Source: Oculatellaceae cyanobacterium
GTDB taxonomy: Bacteria; Cyanobacteriota; Vampirovibrionia; Obscuribacterales; Obscuribacteraceae
Assembly (NCBI GenBank): GCA_036702975.1
Contig: DATNPX010000034.1
Span: 413,818 to 437,817, forward strand
Length of the DNA: 24,000 nt
Reading direction: 5' to 3'
The translations under genes were made by a program, and so were the position numbers. The notes under the pieces were generated by a model. That model was not told the DNA's origin. It did no database searches and worked only from the letters and a program-made list of their open reading frames with translations. Positions 22,477 through 24,000 of the stretch are shown one piece after another (the stretch's first letter is position 1; each line of letters begins with the position of its first letter).

Positions 22477-22806
22477 TTAACCAATATCAACAAACACATC
22501 AGTACCTTCTATCTTGACGGGATAGCTGTGAGAATCATTCGCTTTCATCTTGAGAAAGAGAATCTTCGCATCGGATAGGTTTTTCCCGCTCGTAATATCG
22601 AATCGTGCACCATGAAGCGGGCAGGTCACAACACACCCGTCCAACTTGCCTCTAGAGAGTGGCGCATGAGCATGAGTACATTGATTAGCAATCGCGTAAA
22701 TTTTTCCTTCAACATTTGCAAGCAGTATATCCTTGCCATTAATTTTTATGGCCTTCATTTTGCCTGGAGGAATCTCGGTAGCATTGGCTGTTTTGGTAAA
22801 ACCCAT
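22477..22806 (-). CDS. Rieske [2Fe-2S] ferredoxin-type protein
   Basis: CTHAHAPLSRGKLDGCVVTCPLHGARFD matches CxH-x17-CxxH. The ORF is open to 22884, but ATG at 22806 (MGFTKTANATEIPPGKM...) has GGGGGTGGAG directly upstream and gives the typical ~110-aa size. Confidence 0.82.
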   Translation of the reverse strand: MGFTKTANATEIPPGKMKAIKINGKDILLANVEGKIYAIANQCTHAHAPLSRGKLDGCVVTCPLHGARFDITSGKNLSDAKILFLKMKANDSHSYPVKIEGTDVFVDIG

Positions 22807-22973
22807 CTCCACCCCCGTAATTTTGTCGGACAGCAAGTCCAATATGGATGTATTTAGACTCGCCCAACACTTGCATAAATACATCGTTCTTTAGGAGTAT
22901 TTGCGGTCTTTCAATCGAGGGCATGGGAATTTCCGCAATTGTGCGAAGAAGAAGGAACGATGGAGACCAGCAA

Positions 22974-23537
22974 CTATTGTTTTTGACCACTATCGACAAT
23001 AATCCGCAGCGGTTTTCTGTCCCTAATTTTGAGCAAAGCGGTGCGTCCATTAATTTGCATCAGTTCCAAGTCGGCGCGCGGCGCCACATCCTCCGCATTT
23101 CCTGCAGTAATCTTAAAGATACGCATATCAGTGACTACGAAGAGATCAGCGTCTGTTTCATTAAAACCAGCGTCTGTTTCATTAAAACCATGGAAGTATC
23201 CTATCCGGCTAAGCCCGAATAGCAAGATGACATCTATCGCCACTCCAATAATTGTCCCGTGAATCCAGGACAAAGGCATTTGGAAAAACATCCCATAACC
23301 AATTATCCGAGAAAAAAACATCGACGAATAAATTGGAACGACTGGAAGACAAATCAGCACGGCTCCCAACAAGAGTGCCAAGACCACTTTTGAAAAGATT
23401 GCACCTGTTTCGGACTCTGCCTTGCCGACAAGGACAACTCGTTCGCCACGTGTAAGATGAAGTCTCGGATCGTGCATATTCTCGATATTGATCATACTTT
23501 CTCGGCAAGTCTGCGAAAAACCATGTTCCAGTATCAT
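22974..23537 (-). CDS. Two-TM membrane protein with a possible bacterial PH-like (YdbS/YdbT-type) C-terminal domain
   Basis: Two hydrophobic helices (VVLALLLGAVLICLPVVPIY and IHGTIIGVAIDVILLFGL) are followed by a beta-rich tail (LFVVTDMRIFKITAG...LLKIRDRKPLRIIV). The start is uncertain (23537 or 23495). It is preferred over the + ORF at 22848-23222. Confidence 0.5.
   Translation of the reverse strand: MILEHGFSQTCRESMINIENMHDPRLHLTRGERVVLVGKAESETGAIFSKVVLALLLGAVLICLPVVPIYSSMFFSRIIGYGMFFQMPLSWIHGTIIGVAIDVILLFGLSRIGYFHGFNETDAGFNETDADLFVVTDMRIFKITAGNAEDVAPRADLELMQINGRTALLKIRDRKPLRIIVDSGQKQ
23147..23188. repeat. Perfect tandem duplication 2 x 21 bp (CAGCGTCTGTTTCATTAAAAC), in frame within the CDS (GFNETDA x2)
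   Basis: Units 23147-23167 and 23168-23188 are identical. On the - strand they encode the duplicated heptapeptide GFNETDA between TM2 and the C-terminal domain. Confidence 0.95.
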
Positions 23538-23603
23538 TCAAGTATATAGTTATCTATGTCGTAAAAGCGGCAGTATCCATGCGATAGAAAAAGAGGAGTT
23601 CTT

Positions 23604-24000
23604 TTGTTTTCTCTTATCTCAGCGCGCGAACTGAAAGAACGACTCAGCTCGACAGTCGATAAACCTATCGTCGTCGATGCGCGACGCCGGTACGAATTCA
23701 ACAGCGGGCACATTCCTGGCGCAGCTATTTTGCGGTGGGAGAAGTACTGCGAGCCAGCGCCCAGCGCCTCCTCCACTGTGCTGCATCAACCTGGTTGGTG
23801 GGGAAAATTAGCCGAGTCGTCACCAAAGGTAGTGGCAAAAAAACTCGAACAGTCAGGACTTGGCAGCCAGCAGCATATTGTGGTCTATGCTGACGGCGCT
23901 AAATCGAAAGGCCGAGATGGACGCATTGCCTGGATGTTGCTCTATTTTGGAGCGCGCGAGGTTAGCCTTCTGAACGGCGGATGGTCCGCATGGCTTGATA
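23604..24000 (+). CDS. Rhodanese-domain sulfurtransferase (5' part; continues past the window end)
   Basis: The start is TTG 23604 with AGAGGAG 5 nt upstream. The translation is MFSLISARELKERLSSTVDKPIVVDARRRYEFNSGHIPGAAIL...VVYADGAKSKGRDGRIAWMLLYFGAREVSLLNGGWSAWLD, which carries the rhodanese hallmark D.R...EF..GHIPGA. The frame is open to base 24000. Confidence 0.8.
   Translation, partial: MFSLISARELKERLSSTVDKPIVVDARRRYEFNSGHIPGAAILRWEKYCEPAPSASSTVLHQPGWWGKLAESSPKVVAKKLEQSGLGSQQHIVVYADGAKSKGRDGRIAWMLLYFGAREVSLLNGGWSAWLD

Noticed and set aside
22848-23222. A 124-aa + strand ORF overlapping the two-TM protein gene, and an 80-aa - strand ORF at 23534-23776.
   Set aside because: The + ORF has no motif and merely reads through the 21-bp duplication. 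The - strand gene has clear TM helices. The 80-aa ORF is antisense to the rhodanese gene, which has a strong RBS and family motifs.

Overview
This is a bacterial chromosomal window that is mostly gene-dense, with most genes on the + strand. From left to right it contains the following.

- **1-2773:** the tail of a Tad/Flp-pilus-type block, made up of a partial CDS, a TadE-like pseudopilin and a 650-aa TadG-like protein with a vWA domain.
- **2888-4797 (- strand):** lexA and an arginase.
- **5090-12542:** a co-directional run of a small coiled-coil protein, a 1024-aa ABC1/UbiB-type kinase, a PP2C phosphatase, a zinc-ribbon FHA protein, a Ser/Thr kinase with an NHL propeller, and Maf.
- **12591-18558:** three envelope or secreted proteins. 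These are a DUF4101/ARC6-C-terminal-like protein, an M23 peptidase and a Lys/Asp-rich protein with an IPT-like C-terminus.
- **19178-20899:** a clear Ro60/Rsr orthologue (TROVE plus vWA).
- **21854-24000:** a small fatty-acid-hydroxylase-family membrane protein, a Rieske ferredoxin, a two-TM protein and the start of a rhodanese gene.

I saw no rRNA, canonical tRNA, CRISPR array, transposase or integrase.

The most unusual part is the rsr locus. It is preceded by about 620 nt and followed by about 950 nt with no convincing gene. Both flanks carry strong stem-loops, repeated UUGAG-loop hairpins and a promoter-to-terminator unit. Bacterial Rsr proteins normally have adjacent Y-RNA partners, so these flanks are the best place to look for a divergent or undescribed RNA partner. 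I could not find the classical Ro-binding helix or a tRNA-like T-arm by eye, so this remains a hypothesis.

The DUF4101-type domain hints at a cyanobacteria-related lineage, possibly non-photosynthetic. That is a low-confidence inference.
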